The position numbers were made by a program, and so were the translations under genes. Positions 8,174-17,472 of a DNA stretch of 31,418 bases are shown piece after piece. Each line of letters begins with the position of its first letter. Within the stretch, counting starts at the first letter, position 1. The notes below the pieces were generated by a model, which was not told the origin of the DNA, searched no databases, and saw only the letters and a program-made list of their open reading frames with translations. Origin of the DNA: a virus (taxonomy: Duplodnaviria; Caudoviricetes); IMG/VR virus record IMGVR_UViG_3300033076_000437, positions 1 to 31,418 of that record. One strand, written 5' to 3'.

Positions 8174-8590
8174 TCAACTATTCTTCAAATATATTTCGTA
8201 AAGTGGATCTTCCAGTTCTCGTGCCTCTACTTCCCATTCAGAGTTATAGTGGTCTTTGGTTGAATGATAAACACCTTCATTAATTCTACCAGTACACATC
8301 TGCCAAATATGTACAAACTCATGTGCCATACATTTGATGGCGTAGTCTAATCCTCGATCTCCTCGGATTTCAACTTCAAATTCTTTTGGTTTGCCATTAT
8401 CGTATTCTTCAGTACATAAACAATAGCCATCTACATTCTCAGCTAATCCTGCACCACGCACTGAGACTATTACTTCAATCTTTCGTTGCTTACCGTCCAT
8501 CAGTTCCTCAAGGAAAAGACTTCCAGCTTTATACAGTTCCTCACGCTTAGCAGCGCTAAGATATCGACTAGGTTTAATGTACAAGATCAT
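8174..8590 (-). CDS. Zincin-like metallopeptidase domain protein
   Basis: AHEFVH (HExxH) plus downstream WEVEA. Confidence 0.7.
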   Translation of the reverse strand: MILYIKPSRYLSAAKREELYKAGSLFLEELMDGKQRKIEVIVSVRGAGLAENVDGYCLCTEEYDNGKPKEFEVEIRGDRGLDYAIKCMAHEFVHIWQMCTGRINEGVYHSTKDHYNSEWEVEARELEDPLYEIYLKNS

Positions 8591-8784
8591 ACCTTATTTT
8601 TGATGTATTCAATTACTTCCTTAGCTTCTCGAAGATCACTCTTCTCAAGAGCTTCATCAATCATATCCAACTGCATTGAATGTAGTTCATTCAAAGTTTG
8701 TTCTACGATTTGACGCTTACGCCAACCTACAGAAACTTTGTAGGGTTGATTCCAACTAACACTGTATTTTGACTTGTCATTCAT
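8587..8784 (-). CDS. Hypothetical protein
   Basis: 65 aa; start and stop overlap both neighbours. Confidence 0.65.
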   Translation of the reverse strand: MNDKSKYSVSWNQPYKVSVGWRKRQIVEQTLNELHSMQLDMIDEALEKSDLREAKEVIEYIKNKV

Positions 8785-9110
8785 TAACGTACCTCATGAA
8801 CATAAACATCGAATCGAGTTGCGTATCGTTGTGGCAATGAAGAATCATATGCTGTACGATGACGGCCATCTGCTCGAGCATTAACTCGACGTGGACCACG
8901 ACCCATCAAACGAACTCGATAAGTTGCAGGCTTTTTAGGCAATGGAAGACCATTATATTCTGCACGATGACAAGCCCATTTATAATTCTGCAATGCTAGA
9001 CGATTACTAGCACGAACTGTCTTCTTCACAACATCGATTTGTTGCATATCAGTAACGCTATTGGCGTCGGCTGTAAAAATGTATGAATCAGTGCGTTTCA
9101 ATTTACTCAT
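8784..9110 (-). CDS. Hypothetical basic protein
   Basis: Start moved to ATG 9110 (MSKLKRTD); YRVRLMGRGPR and RFDVYV motifs. Confidence 0.7.
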   Translation of the reverse strand: MSKLKRTDSYIFTADANSVTDMQQIDVVKKTVRASNRLALQNYKWACHRAEYNGLPLPKKPATYRVRLMGRGPRRVNARADGRHRTAYDSSLPQRYATRFDVYVHEVR

Positions 9111-9273
9111 AATCAGGTCCAATATTGTGTTGTTCGTTTGCGTACATCTCGTCTTCTACTTCGAGAACCATCTCCATCGTAGCGCCTGGCACACGCTTGA
9201 CAATGTCTACTGGCCAGAATCCTGCTTCGAGCAATTCTCGAATATCGTATACTAGATCTTTCATTTTTCCCAT
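9103..9273 (-). CDS. Small hypothetical protein (56 aa), probably leaderless
   Basis: Hand translation MGKMKDLVYDIRELLEAG...GPDYE*; ATG is 6 nt after TATAAT. Confidence 0.7.
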   Translation of the reverse strand: MGKMKDLVYDIRELLEAGFWPVDIVKRVPGATMEMVLEVEDEMYANEQHNIGPDYE

Positions 9274-9278
9274 AGGTC

Positions 9279-9308
9279 TATTATATCACAAAAATTACCC
9301 GCTGTACA
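9279..9308 (-). promoter_or_regulatory. Early (sigma70-type) promoter
   Basis: TGTACA-N17-TATAAT with TG extension. Confidence 0.8.
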
Positions 9309-9311
9309 GGG

Positions 9312-9458
9312 TTACACACTACAATCTGCGAGCTGTTCAATGTAGAACACTCGTCCATTTTCAATCATGCGGGCAGTTCTCGTCGAGGCTTTCTGATACA
9401 AATTCCCATTGTACGTAAACAACTCATTGAGACGAACTACTCGAAATGTGATTCTCAT
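9312..9458 (-). CDS. Small hypothetical protein (48 aa)
   Basis: Hand translation MRITFRVVRLNELFTYNGNLYQKASTRTA...; AAGGA SD. Confidence 0.7.
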   Translation of the reverse strand: MRITFRVVRLNELFTYNGNLYQKASTRTARMIENGRVFYIEQLADCSV

Positions 9459-9467
9459 AACGATTCC

Positions 9468-9749
9468 TTACTTAGACAGGTTGATGATACGAGCATCAAA
9501 TTCCATGAAGCTTACTTCCATCGGAATGAAGACAGTCTTACCAACTCGAGAACCTTTAGTCTCAGTGTGTTCAACGCCGTCAAACACGTCTTTAGTACAA
9601 GTAACTTTGTAGCAAGCGTATGGAACGTCTTTAGGGTTGATCTCTACAACCTTACCTTCAACATAACAATCATTACGACCGACCATTGGTTTGAAGTCGT
9701 AGCCACGAATAGTTTCACCTGTTTTTGCAATATTTTCGAACTTATACAT
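9468..9749 (-). CDS. Hypothetical early protein
   Basis: Start moved to ATG 9749 (AAGGA SD), downstream of promoter. Confidence 0.75.
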   Translation of the reverse strand: MYKFENIAKTGETIRGYDFKPMVGRNDCYVEGKVVEINPKDVPYACYKVTCTKDVFDGVEHTETKGSRVGKTVFIPMEVSFMEFDARIINLSK

Positions 9750-9777
9750 TTGTTTTCCTTTTTTCACTGTATGGATA

Positions 9778-9807
9778 TATTCTACCATAGTTGCGGGTAA
9801 TTGTACA
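9778..9807 (-). promoter_or_regulatory. Early promoter
   Basis: TGTACA-N17-TAGAAT with TG extension. Confidence 0.75.
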
Positions 9808-9854
9808 GGGCTTGACGAAAATAAACTGCAAACTGTGTCTAAAATGATACAGTC

Positions 9855-9927
9855 TAAGTTGTTGATTTATAAGGGTTTTTTCAGACGAAAAAAGGCCCTC
9901 AAAAAGTCGTTTAAAATCAACAACTTA
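9855..9927. repeat. Perfect 14-bp inverted repeat, 45-bp spacer
   Basis: TAAGTTGTTGATTT (9855-9868) and AAATCAACAACTTA (9914-9927). Confidence 0.85.
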
Positions 9928-9935
9928 TGAGGGCC
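9888..9935 (-). terminator. Long-stem intrinsic terminator after thyX
   Basis: GGCCCTCA...TGAGGGCC outer stem, imperfect inner stem, followed by T6. Confidence 0.75.
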
Positions 9936-9959
9936 GTTTAGAAGACCTACGGGAAGCTT

Positions 9960-10655
9960 TTATGCTTCAGGAAGGGTAACCATATCCTTAGCCATCGGGA
10001 AGACCTCTGCGATCACTCTAGCACATTCAAGAGCTACTTCCCTATGCTCTTTTTGTGTACCGTTGCCAGATCGCAACTCAATGAAGTGAATCCACGAACG
10101 AAGTGTTCCATTCATGTACATTCGTGAAACAGTCAAACCTTCAGGTAACACTGCTCGAGCTTGCTCTTTTGCGATTCCGTTCTTAATCGCCCACTCATAC
10201 TCACGCTGTACTGCAAATAGAACTCGCTTCTGTGCACGTTCCCACTCAATCGCAAGCAATCGTTGTTCTTCGCTGCCGTCAAGTTCGATAGAGTTTTGAC
10301 GATTCTTTTCGTCTTGGAAACGTGCTTCTCTGATCACAAAAGCTTCTTCTAACGCCGCAGTTGGATCTGCATATCGTTGAGAGAATTCTTGGAATGAGAA
10401 TGAACGATGACGAAGGATCTGACGTGCAATATCACGAGTGGTAGTAATCTCCATACAAGCACTTACCATTTCTAATGGTGACCAATGCTTATGCTTAATG
10501 AGATAATTAATCAATTTCTCTGAAGTACCACTGTTGAATTGATTAGCTGGATTTGACACTCTAGCACAGAATGCGATTAAGTCTTGAGTATCGGCTAAGC
10601 CTTCGTCGTAGTATTGACGGCTTGGTTTACTATAGGAAACTAATTTAACTTTCAT
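9960..10655 (-). CDS. thyX: Flavin-dependent thymidylate synthase
   Basis: HWSPLE, RHRSFSFQEFSQRY signature, EQARAVLP. Confidence 0.95.
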   Translation of the reverse strand: MKVKLVSYSKPSRQYYDEGLADTQDLIAFCARVSNPANQFNSGTSEKLINYLIKHKHWSPLEMVSACMEITTTRDIARQILRHRSFSFQEFSQRYADPTAALEEAFVIREARFQDEKNRQNSIELDGSEEQRLLAIEWERAQKRVLFAVQREYEWAIKNGIAKEQARAVLPEGLTVSRMYMNGTLRSWIHFIELRSGNGTQKEHREVALECARVIAEVFPMAKDMVTLPEA

Positions 10656-10815
10656 TTGGGTACCATTTAACTTCGATTACATCACCGGTTTTAATCTTCA
10701 ATGAGAACTCTGAAGCCTCACTGAACGTATCAAACCACTTAAATCCTACACTACTACTGCCGCCTGACATGTAGTATGTTACTTTGTATTTTCCTTTTGA
10801 TCTATCTTCACTCAT
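10645..10815 (-). CDS. Small hypothetical protein
   Basis: ATG 10815 with GGAG SD, overlapping the gp41 stop region. Confidence 0.65.
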   Translation of the reverse strand: MSEDRSKGKYKVTYYMSGGSSSVGFKWFDTFSEASEFSLKIKTGDVIEVKWYPNES

Positions 10816-12190
10816 AATTAAAATCTCCAAAACTCTGTTTTTCTCTAGTGCCAAATGTATTTAATGGCTTGTCTTGTTTATCACTAGGAACATGAGCTGC
10901 ATCGTCGATCAATGTTTGAGCACTTGGTTCAACATCGTATAGTTTCATACGAGCTCTGTCGATGCCAATGATGAATCGTTTGTTTGATGTTGGATCATTA
11001 TAACGATTCTTTAATTGTTTCACCATCACCTGCCCGAGCTTCTCCAACTCCTCCGTCGAGATAACTGCGAACATAAAGTCTGCTGTCGCTGGAAGGCCGA
11101 ACGATTCGCTTGTGTCCTCAAGGCCCACGTCTGTATTTGAGTATCCTGATCGTGTGGTCTGGGTGGCGGATACAAGGGGGACTCCTGTTTCAACTGCCAA
11201 TCCACGCATTTCTTCTGCGATCGCTTTAACATATGAGTACGTATTAACTGATCCACCGAGGCCACGAACTCTCGAGGACGCACAAATATTAAGGTAGTCA
11301 ATAAAGATAATGTCCGGCTTAAAGTTCTTTTTAAGTTTAAGTTCATTTAACAATGCTCTAAAGTGACCAACGTGTGCAGCACCTGTTGGGTATTCCTTAA
11401 TGATTAGCTTGCCAATATTCTTTTGACCAATCTTTTGGATCTTTTGATCGTATACCTGCTTTGGCAACGACTCAAGTTGATCTACTGGAATGTTCATCAA
11501 GTTAGCATCAATACGTTCAGCGATACGTTCTTCTGCCATTTCCATTGTGATGTATAGAACGTTCTTACCTTGTACTAAAGAAGAACCTGCCATGTGACAC
11601 ATGAATAATGACTTACCAACACCGGTACCGGCTAGAATAATATTGAGCGTCTTATTTGGCAATCCGCCCTTTGTGATTTTGTTGAAGTAGTCAAGATCGA
11701 ATGGTAATCTACCTTCAACCTTGTGGTAAAAATCATAACGACTATCAGAATTATCGATGTAGTCATGGCCGATGTTAGTATCAAAGCTAACTGCCAAGGC
11801 TTTAGACAAAATGTCTGGGATAGCGTTGTTAGTTAGTTCCTTATGCTTACCATCGATAATCTGAATAGATTCCATAATCGCAAGATAGATTGAGCGATCT
11901 TGACAAAACTTTTCTGTTTCATCAAGTGCCCAATTAATATCTACTGGCTCTGATTTGTAAGCTCTACTTACGTTCTCAAGGATCTCATTAGAGACATTTG
12001 GGATCTTCTGTAGCTCTAACTTTAAAGCTGCTTCTGTAGGAATCGTATTGTACTTATCAATGAAGTGTTTAACAACTGCGAAGAGCAGCTTCTCACCACG
12101 CTCAAAGTATTCATCTTTGAGGAATGGAAGCGCTCTACGAGTGAACTCTTCATTAGTGCACAGTTGGTTCAGAATCAGTTGACTTATCAT
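10808..12190 (-). CDS. 41: Replicative DNA helicase, T4 gp41 family
   Basis: AGTGVGKS Walker A, ITMEMAEE, IFIDYLNIC, SESFGLPATADF, QLKNRY. Confidence 0.95.
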   Translation of the reverse strand: MISQLILNQLCTNEEFTRRALPFLKDEYFERGEKLLFAVVKHFIDKYNTIPTEAALKLELQKIPNVSNEILENVSRAYKSEPVDINWALDETEKFCQDRSIYLAIMESIQIIDGKHKELTNNAIPDILSKALAVSFDTNIGHDYIDNSDSRYDFYHKVEGRLPFDLDYFNKITKGGLPNKTLNIILAGTGVGKSLFMCHMAGSSLVQGKNVLYITMEMAEERIAERIDANLMNIPVDQLESLPKQVYDQKIQKIGQKNIGKLIIKEYPTGAAHVGHFRALLNELKLKKNFKPDIIFIDYLNICASSRVRGLGGSVNTYSYVKAIAEEMRGLAVETGVPLVSATQTTRSGYSNTDVGLEDTSESFGLPATADFMFAVISTEELEKLGQVMVKQLKNRYNDPTSNKRFIIGIDRARMKLYDVEPSAQTLIDDAAHVPSDKQDKPLNTFGTREKQSFGDFNYE

Positions 12191-12488
12191 TATTACCTAA
12201 TTTAAAATGTCCAGTTTCTAAAGAATCTTCAATGATATGTGTTAAGATATCGCCGAGTGTATCCATAAATTCAACACTGCAGTTTAAGTCTTCTTCGTTA
12301 AGATGTTCTGGTAGATCAATAATCTTATATTGAAAACTTAAACTAGCTTCATCACCGTTTTCTTTTACTTGGATTCTTCCGTATTTGTAGACGATATCTT
12401 TATAAACACCTTCATTAATTTTCACATGCCAAGAATCATCACTAAAATCATTCTCAACAAATGAGTACGATTTACTCGTTATCTTCAT
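12153..12488 (-). CDS. Hypothetical protein at the position of T4 gp40 (head vertex chaperone)
   Basis: Lies between uvsX and 41 as gene 40 does in T4; start moved to ATG 12488; homology uncertain. Confidence 0.55.
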   Translation of the reverse strand: MKITSKSYSFVENDFSDDSWHVKINEGVYKDIVYKYGRIQVKENGDEASLSFQYKIIDLPEHLNEEDLNCSVEFMDTLGDILTHIIEDSLETGHFKLGNNDKSTDSEPTVH

Positions 12489-13530
12489 CGATATCCTCGT
12501 ACTTATCTTGCAACATTGCAGCATGACCAATTTGGAAGTTGTCAGTAATGTACTTTTGGAATTCAGCAGAACTTAGAATGTCGTCCCAGAATTCTTTATT
12601 GAGCGTATCTTTCTCTCGTACCTTTGTGCCGACGAGCTCACCTGTGCTTCGGTCCACTTTTTGATACCACCCATTGTTAGGCTTAACAACGAAGTTACCA
12701 GCCAAAGCAATATCAAGCAAACCAGAATACTTCTGAATACCACCATCAAAAGAAACAGATACAGGGATCTTAGACTTTTCTTTAACATAACGACTCTTTT
12801 CTACGTTGATAATGAAATGATAACCTTTGATTTCGGTACCATCTTTATCTTGTTGACGTCCAAGAATCCAGATTGTATCAGCAGAGTAGTAGATACCTGT
12901 GCCACCTGATACGACAGCTTTAGGGAACATACCGATTTCCATGTATGTATGATTCACTACAACCATTGGTACATCCTTCATGGTTAAGTAAGGTGTAATC
13001 ATACGGAATAAACCTTTAAGTGCTTTTGCTCGAGACATATCAGCAACTGACTTCTCGTTCAATGCGTCTTCCAATTCTTTCTTAGAAGCAAGGTTACCAA
13101 CTGAGTCAATAACGATAATAACCTTTTCACCACGCTCAAGGTTGTTTAATTGACCAACTACATCAAACTTAAGTTGTTCAACGTCGGTGATTGGTGTATG
13201 AAGTACTCGTGATGTGTCAATACCGAATGAATCAAAGTATGCTTGAGGTGTACCGAATTCAGAATCATAAAACAACATTACGGCGTCTGGATACTTGTCC
13301 ATATAAGCCTTTGCCATAAGCAAAGAGAACGCAGTTTTAAAGTGCTTTGATGGTCCGGCTAGAACGGTGAGTCCTGGAGTTAACCCACCGTCTAGCTTTC
13401 CACTCAACGCAACATTGATCATTGGCACAGTTGTAGGAATCATATCCTTTGCGCCAAAGAACTTAGAATCTTCAAGTACTGATGTGTACTCGATCTTCGA
13501 GTTCTTTTTTAGTTTATCCATTAAGCCCAT
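12472..13530 (-). CDS. uvsX: RecA-like recombinase UvsX
   Basis: AGPSKHFKT Walker A, FYDSEFG, IDSVGNLASKKE; GGAG SD before ATG 13530. Confidence 0.95.
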   Translation of the reverse strand: MGLMDKLKKNSKIEYTSVLEDSKFFGAKDMIPTTVPMINVALSGKLDGGLTPGLTVLAGPSKHFKTAFSLLMAKAYMDKYPDAVMLFYDSEFGTPQAYFDSFGIDTSRVLHTPITDVEQLKFDVVGQLNNLERGEKVIIVIDSVGNLASKKELEDALNEKSVADMSRAKALKGLFRMITPYLTMKDVPMVVVNHTYMEIGMFPKAVVSGGTGIYYSADTIWILGRQQDKDGTEIKGYHFIINVEKSRYVKEKSKIPVSVSFDGGIQKYSGLLDIALAGNFVVKPNNGWYQKVDRSTGELVGTKVREKDTLNKEFWDDILSSAEFQKYITDNFQIGHAAMLQDKYEDIDEDNE

Positions 13531-13554
13531 GTATTTCTCCAAAGTGTATTTGTA

Positions 13555-13584
13555 TATTATATCACAAGTAATTAAGAAAAGAAA
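13555..13584 (-). promoter_or_regulatory. Early-type promoter, degenerate -35
   Basis: ATTACTTGTGATATAATA shared with other copies; -35 does not match. Confidence 0.6.
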
Positions 13585-14774
13585 CCCTCTAGCGAACTCT
13601 TTTCAACTTCTACCATATCGCGGAAGTCTTGAGTTTCACTATGGTTGTATTGCAATAAGATTCTATCTGTCGCATCTACGCTATCGCGTTTTCCTTCTAA
13701 CCATTCTTTAATCTCTGTTGCCATGTCTGCAGCTGTTGATACGGGCACGTTCTGGCAAATATGATTAAGGTTTGCTTTAGGATTTAATAGCTCGAAGTCG
13801 TATGGTAAACCCATGATAGACATTGCTTCACGATACGTAATGTATCGATCTTCATAAGGATGCGTTAACATCATTGGGTAGTGACCAACGAAAGCACCAA
13901 TATAATCTTTAGGAACTGTAGTTAATCTACGCATAATGTTATCGCCGTTTGCAAGCTTCTCATGAATGCGCTTACAACGAGCTTCAATATTTGCATAGCC
14001 GTTCTCTGCCATCCACTTACCTACGTCAAGGTAAGATACTTTATTACGCTCAATCCAATCCATAGCATTATCAGTCTTTACGATTCGATCAAAGAACTGA
14101 CGATGTGTGATTCCACCTTCCATCTCTTCTAACACATAGCGATACCAAGGATCATCTTTAGAAGGTGTTCCTTTATTAGTAACATCGTGTTGTGTTAAAC
14201 CTGAAGGAATGTTTGTGATTAAGTCTTCAATTCGTTGCCAAGGCTTCTTATAGAACTTAAAGATCGGTGCTCTACTACCTTTCCAAAAGAAGTAGAATGA
14301 ACGTTCACGAATCTGAGGTACGCCATGTAGTTGTGATTTAGTTCTATAAATCGACATGACGTAACCATTCTCTTTAGCAATGGCGTGTAGTTTTTCTACA
14401 ACAGGTTTGCCTACCTTACCAGCAAATCCTGGTGCATTCTCTCCCCAGAATACTTCTGGTTTCCATTCACCAAGAACTAATTTAGCAGTAGTATACATCC
14501 ATTCGTTCGCTGCTGCATCTGAAGATGCGCCTGCTGATAGTGAAGATAAACCTGCACAAGGACATGTAGTTGAGATAACATCAACCTTGCTTGGCTTATG
14601 AGTTCCACCATCATCCATAACGTAATATGGAAGCTTGTAATGGTTTACTGCATGTGAGTCATTAGAACCGAAAGCAGAAAAAGAAGCCAACCATTCAGGT
14701 CGACTTCCCATTGCTTGCTCTTGTCCTAGTGTTTGTCCACCAATAAGTGGAACGATACTAGCGTGTTTAATCAT
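13572..14774 (-). CDS. C5-cytosine DNA methyltransferase-like protein with divergent cofactor motifs
   Basis: TCPCAGLS (IV), ENAPG (VI), PQIRER (VIII), TYREA (IX), QNVPV (X); motif I reads VPLIGG. Confidence 0.8.
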   Translation of the reverse strand: MIKHASIVPLIGGQTLGQEQAMGSRPEWLASFSAFGSNDSHAVNHYKLPYYVMDDGGTHKPSKVDVISTTCPCAGLSSLSAGASSDAAANEWMYTTAKLVLGEWKPEVFWGENAPGFAGKVGKPVVEKLHAIAKENGYVMSIYRTKSQLHGVPQIRERSFYFFWKGSRAPIFKFYKKPWQRIEDLITNIPSGLTQHDVTNKGTPSKDDPWYRYVLEEMEGGITHRQFFDRIVKTDNAMDWIERNKVSYLDVGKWMAENGYANIEARCKRIHEKLANGDNIMRRLTTVPKDYIGAFVGHYPMMLTHPYEDRYITYREAMSIMGLPYDFELLNPKANLNHICQNVPVSTAADMATEIKEWLEGKRDSVDATDRILLQYNHSETQDFRDMVEVEKSSLEGFFS

Positions 14775-15973
14775 AATCTTTCTTTAATCTTGTCCATCAT
14801 CTCTTGGAAAACTGGCTGTGAGTCTTGGTGTGACTTGTAAAACTCAAATGCCATCTCGCGCCACTCATCTCTCATTCCGTGGTCTCTAGATAATTTATCT
14901 AAGATCTCGTAGGCCGGTTTCATGTCGTTATCATCAAGCCAGATAGTGCCTGTATCTTTGCAGTTGATTAGACGTTCACCTTGAACTCTGTGAGTACAAC
15001 GTTCACCATACGATTTACGGAAGACTGGAACTACACCAACACATGCTAACTCACAGTGAGTGTATTCAATAGAACGCTCAATGAATCGTTCGTCAAGGAT
15101 TGATAATTGATAACCAAATGCAACCTTTGACATGCGCTCAAGCATTTGCTCGTTTACGTATGGTCCGAATACGTATGCCGGTTGATCAACTGACAATGGG
15201 ATGGTTGTGATGTCATCTGCGATGTGGCCATTAAACTCTGATAGCTCACGGAATGCGAGATATGCTGGAGACTTTTCAATACCTTCAAACGTAGTGATGA
15301 AGCCATTTGGACGAAGATATTCGTTGTGGAACTTGAACATCTCCTTGTAGCCTTTCCAACTTGTAGTACGGCCGATCCATTTGTTCTGAGTTTTATCTTG
15401 TTGTTCAATTGGTTTCCAATACTTTGCTCTAATACCATCAAAATCGATACCTGGCTGAAAGTTTAAAATTTCAGTGGTATCGCCTCCCATGAATGCATCA
15501 AGGCCAGCGCCTCCCTTAAGTTGCTTGACGTATTTACTAAAGTCGTTAGTGCCGCAATGAGCGAAAATAATGTTAGCACGATTAATAGAATCATCAAGAG
15601 CTGCGTTGCGCTTGATCGAAAGCGATGAGTGATCGTGCTGAACAAGGACGATAGGTTTTTTAATTTCATTTAATGCTCTTTTAAATTGAAAGATGCAATC
15701 ATCTGAGTGACTAATAGATGGTAAGCTATTGATGATAACTACATCGGCTTGATTACAGCCATCAATCATCTTCTGTGTTTCTTCAGCTTTTGCAAACTTG
15801 AGTTGAACTACATTTGAAACATCATGGGCATTCTTACGAGTCCATGACTTATCCTTTGATGAATAGACTGTAAAGTCATATCCATTCTTCTTGAGCCACT
15901 TAGTTTGCTCAACAGTATACTTTGTTACGCCGCAACCTTCAATGCCGCGACCCATAATGATTGCAATCTTCAT
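14771..15973 (-). CDS. agt: DNA alpha-glucosyltransferase (T4 AGT-like)
   Basis: MKIAIIMGRGIEGCGVTK N-terminus closely resembles T4 AGT; QHDH, WIGR, EYTH motifs. Confidence 0.9.
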   Translation of the reverse strand: MKIAIIMGRGIEGCGVTKYTVEQTKWLKKNGYDFTVYSSKDKSWTRKNAHDVSNVVQLKFAKAEETQKMIDGCNQADVVIINSLPSISHSDDCIFQFKRALNEIKKPIVLVQHDHSSLSIKRNAALDDSINRANIIFAHCGTNDFSKYVKQLKGGAGLDAFMGGDTTEILNFQPGIDFDGIRAKYWKPIEQQDKTQNKWIGRTTSWKGYKEMFKFHNEYLRPNGFITTFEGIEKSPAYLAFRELSEFNGHIADDITTIPLSVDQPAYVFGPYVNEQMLERMSKVAFGYQLSILDERFIERSIEYTHCELACVGVVPVFRKSYGERCTHRVQGERLINCKDTGTIWLDDNDMKPAYEILDKLSRDHGMRDEWREMAFEFYKSHQDSQPVFQEMMDKIKERL

Positions 15974-16332
15974 TTAAGATATTCCTTACATTCCTTTAAG
16001 ATTTTCTTTTCATACGACTTATCATTCAGTTGTCTATTCAACGGAGAAGGATGCGGCATCTTAAAATGATCGATACCAAGTCGTTCCAGCGCCAGTGAAA
16101 CAAATCCACCAAGTGCTAACACGTTATCATACTCTTTAGTTGCAGTTGACAATCTTTTATAATCAACCTTCGAAAGAGTGGGTGTAGCAGGATAGTCAAA
16201 CGTATTTATGAATGAAAAATGCTTGACGTTTAGTGTGTCCATCCATGATTCTAACTTGGTAAATGTAGCATTACGCTTATAACCAAGTGTAGGCTTATTA
16301 GATGGGCACATACCAACGATCAATACTTTCAT
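15970..16332 (-). CDS. Minimal uracil-DNA glycosylase-superfamily protein
   Basis: LIVGMCPS (motif A-like), VLALG, MPHPSPLN (motif B). Confidence 0.7.
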   Translation of the reverse strand: MKVLIVGMCPSNKPTLGYKRNATFTKLESWMDTLNVKHFSFINTFDYPATPTLSKVDYKRLSTATKEYDNVLALGGFVSLALERLGIDHFKMPHPSPLNRQLNDKSYEKKILKECKEYLK

Positions 16333-16784
16333 ACTGCGAATACACTAATTCCTGCTTCACTAAACATATCAAGAGTTTGTTGAAATGATTCAAACCAGTG
16401 AGGTCTTAAATCAATGCAATCTTGGGCTACGTATACTTCTTTAATTCCAACTTGAATAATTCCCTTTGCGCATTCGCTACACACTGGTAGTCCATACACA
16501 TAGAGTTTAGCACCGTCTAATGATACGCCTGAATACGTTGCATTATAGATCACATTCATTTCTGCATGAACTACATACTTGTATTTTGTTTCACGATCAT
16601 TTAAACGATCTGATGTGTCAAGAATCCCACGAGGGAAACCGTTGTATCCTTGAGATAAGATTTGTCCTTTATCTCCTACAGCAACGGCTCCAACTCTAGT
16701 GTTAGGATCCTTTGACCACTGCGCTACTTCTTTGGCCATAGCCATGTAGCGCTCATTCCACTTTTTAGTAGTTTGATTCGACAT
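16329..16784 (-). CDS. cd: dCMP deaminase
   Basis: SKDPNTRVGA, GYNGFPRG, HAEMN, PVCSEC zinc motifs. Confidence 0.9.
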   Translation of the reverse strand: MSNQTTKKWNERYMAMAKEVAQWSKDPNTRVGAVAVGDKGQILSQGYNGFPRGILDTSDRLNDRETKYKYVVHAEMNVIYNATYSGVSLDGAKLYVYGLPVCSECAKGIIQVGIKEVYVAQDCIDLRPHWFESFQQTLDMFSEAGISVFAV

Positions 16785-17472
16785 CGAGGCTTTTATCCCA
16801 CTCTTTAACTAAGTCAAAGTGACGTTCATAGACGTGTAAACTGCCAGCATTCCAGTGAAGATCACCAAGAGCATATACAGTATTAGACTTACCATTAACT
16901 GCTTGAAGCACTTCTTTTTGTACATATCGTTGCCATGCATAATCATTCTTATAACCATAAACAGCGTCATTAGATCTCATGAAAACAGATGCATGCAGTA
17001 CGCCATCACGAATGTAGTACTGAGTTGAATAGGTACACATAAAGTCTGACATACCATTACGGTTGTAATCTTCATGCATACTTGGTCGAATATAGATCAT
17101 TGTAGCACGACGTGATAGAGGAGATTTCCACAACTCGTCTACAACCTTAGAAAACTGATAACCGTTTTCTTTTGAGTAGATACACCAACCATAGTTTGAG
17201 TTGATCATACCATCTTTATCAGCAACTTGTTTCCAGATTGCAGGTGCACCACCAGGAATATCATTGACACTTAGTGACAAAGAGCGATACCACTCAAGTT
17301 CGCGCTGTACATAATCTTCGTTGATAGTACCGAAGATAGAAGCATGATCTGCTACAAAAGATGCATTGATAATTTCAATAGTGCGAGCACCACCTTTATC
17401 AGTTACGAATTCTTCTTCACGAAGTTTACGAGCAAATTCTTCACGAATATCAAATACGTGGTTGCGCTGCAT
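16765..17472 (-). CDS. 42: dCMP hydroxymethylase, T4 gp42-like
   Basis: NSNYGW, SRRATMIYIRPSM, DFMCT, MRSND..YGYKND (Asp at the dCMP-specificity position), GSLHVYERHF. Confidence 0.9.
   Translation of the reverse strand: MQRNHVFDIREEFARKLREEEFVTDKGGARTIEIINASFVADHASIFGTINEDYVQRELEWYRSLSLSVNDIPGGAPAIWKQVADKDGMINSNYGWCIYSKENGYQFSKVVDELWKSPLSRRATMIYIRPSMHEDYNRNGMSDFMCTYSTQYYIRDGVLHASVFMRSNDAVYGYKNDYAWQRYVQKEVLQAVNGKSNTVYALGDLHWNAGSLHVYERHFDLVKEWDKSLDVESNY

Noticed and set aside
8070-8177. N-terminal extension of the 6798 ORF
   Set aside because: It runs through a terminator and the late promoter
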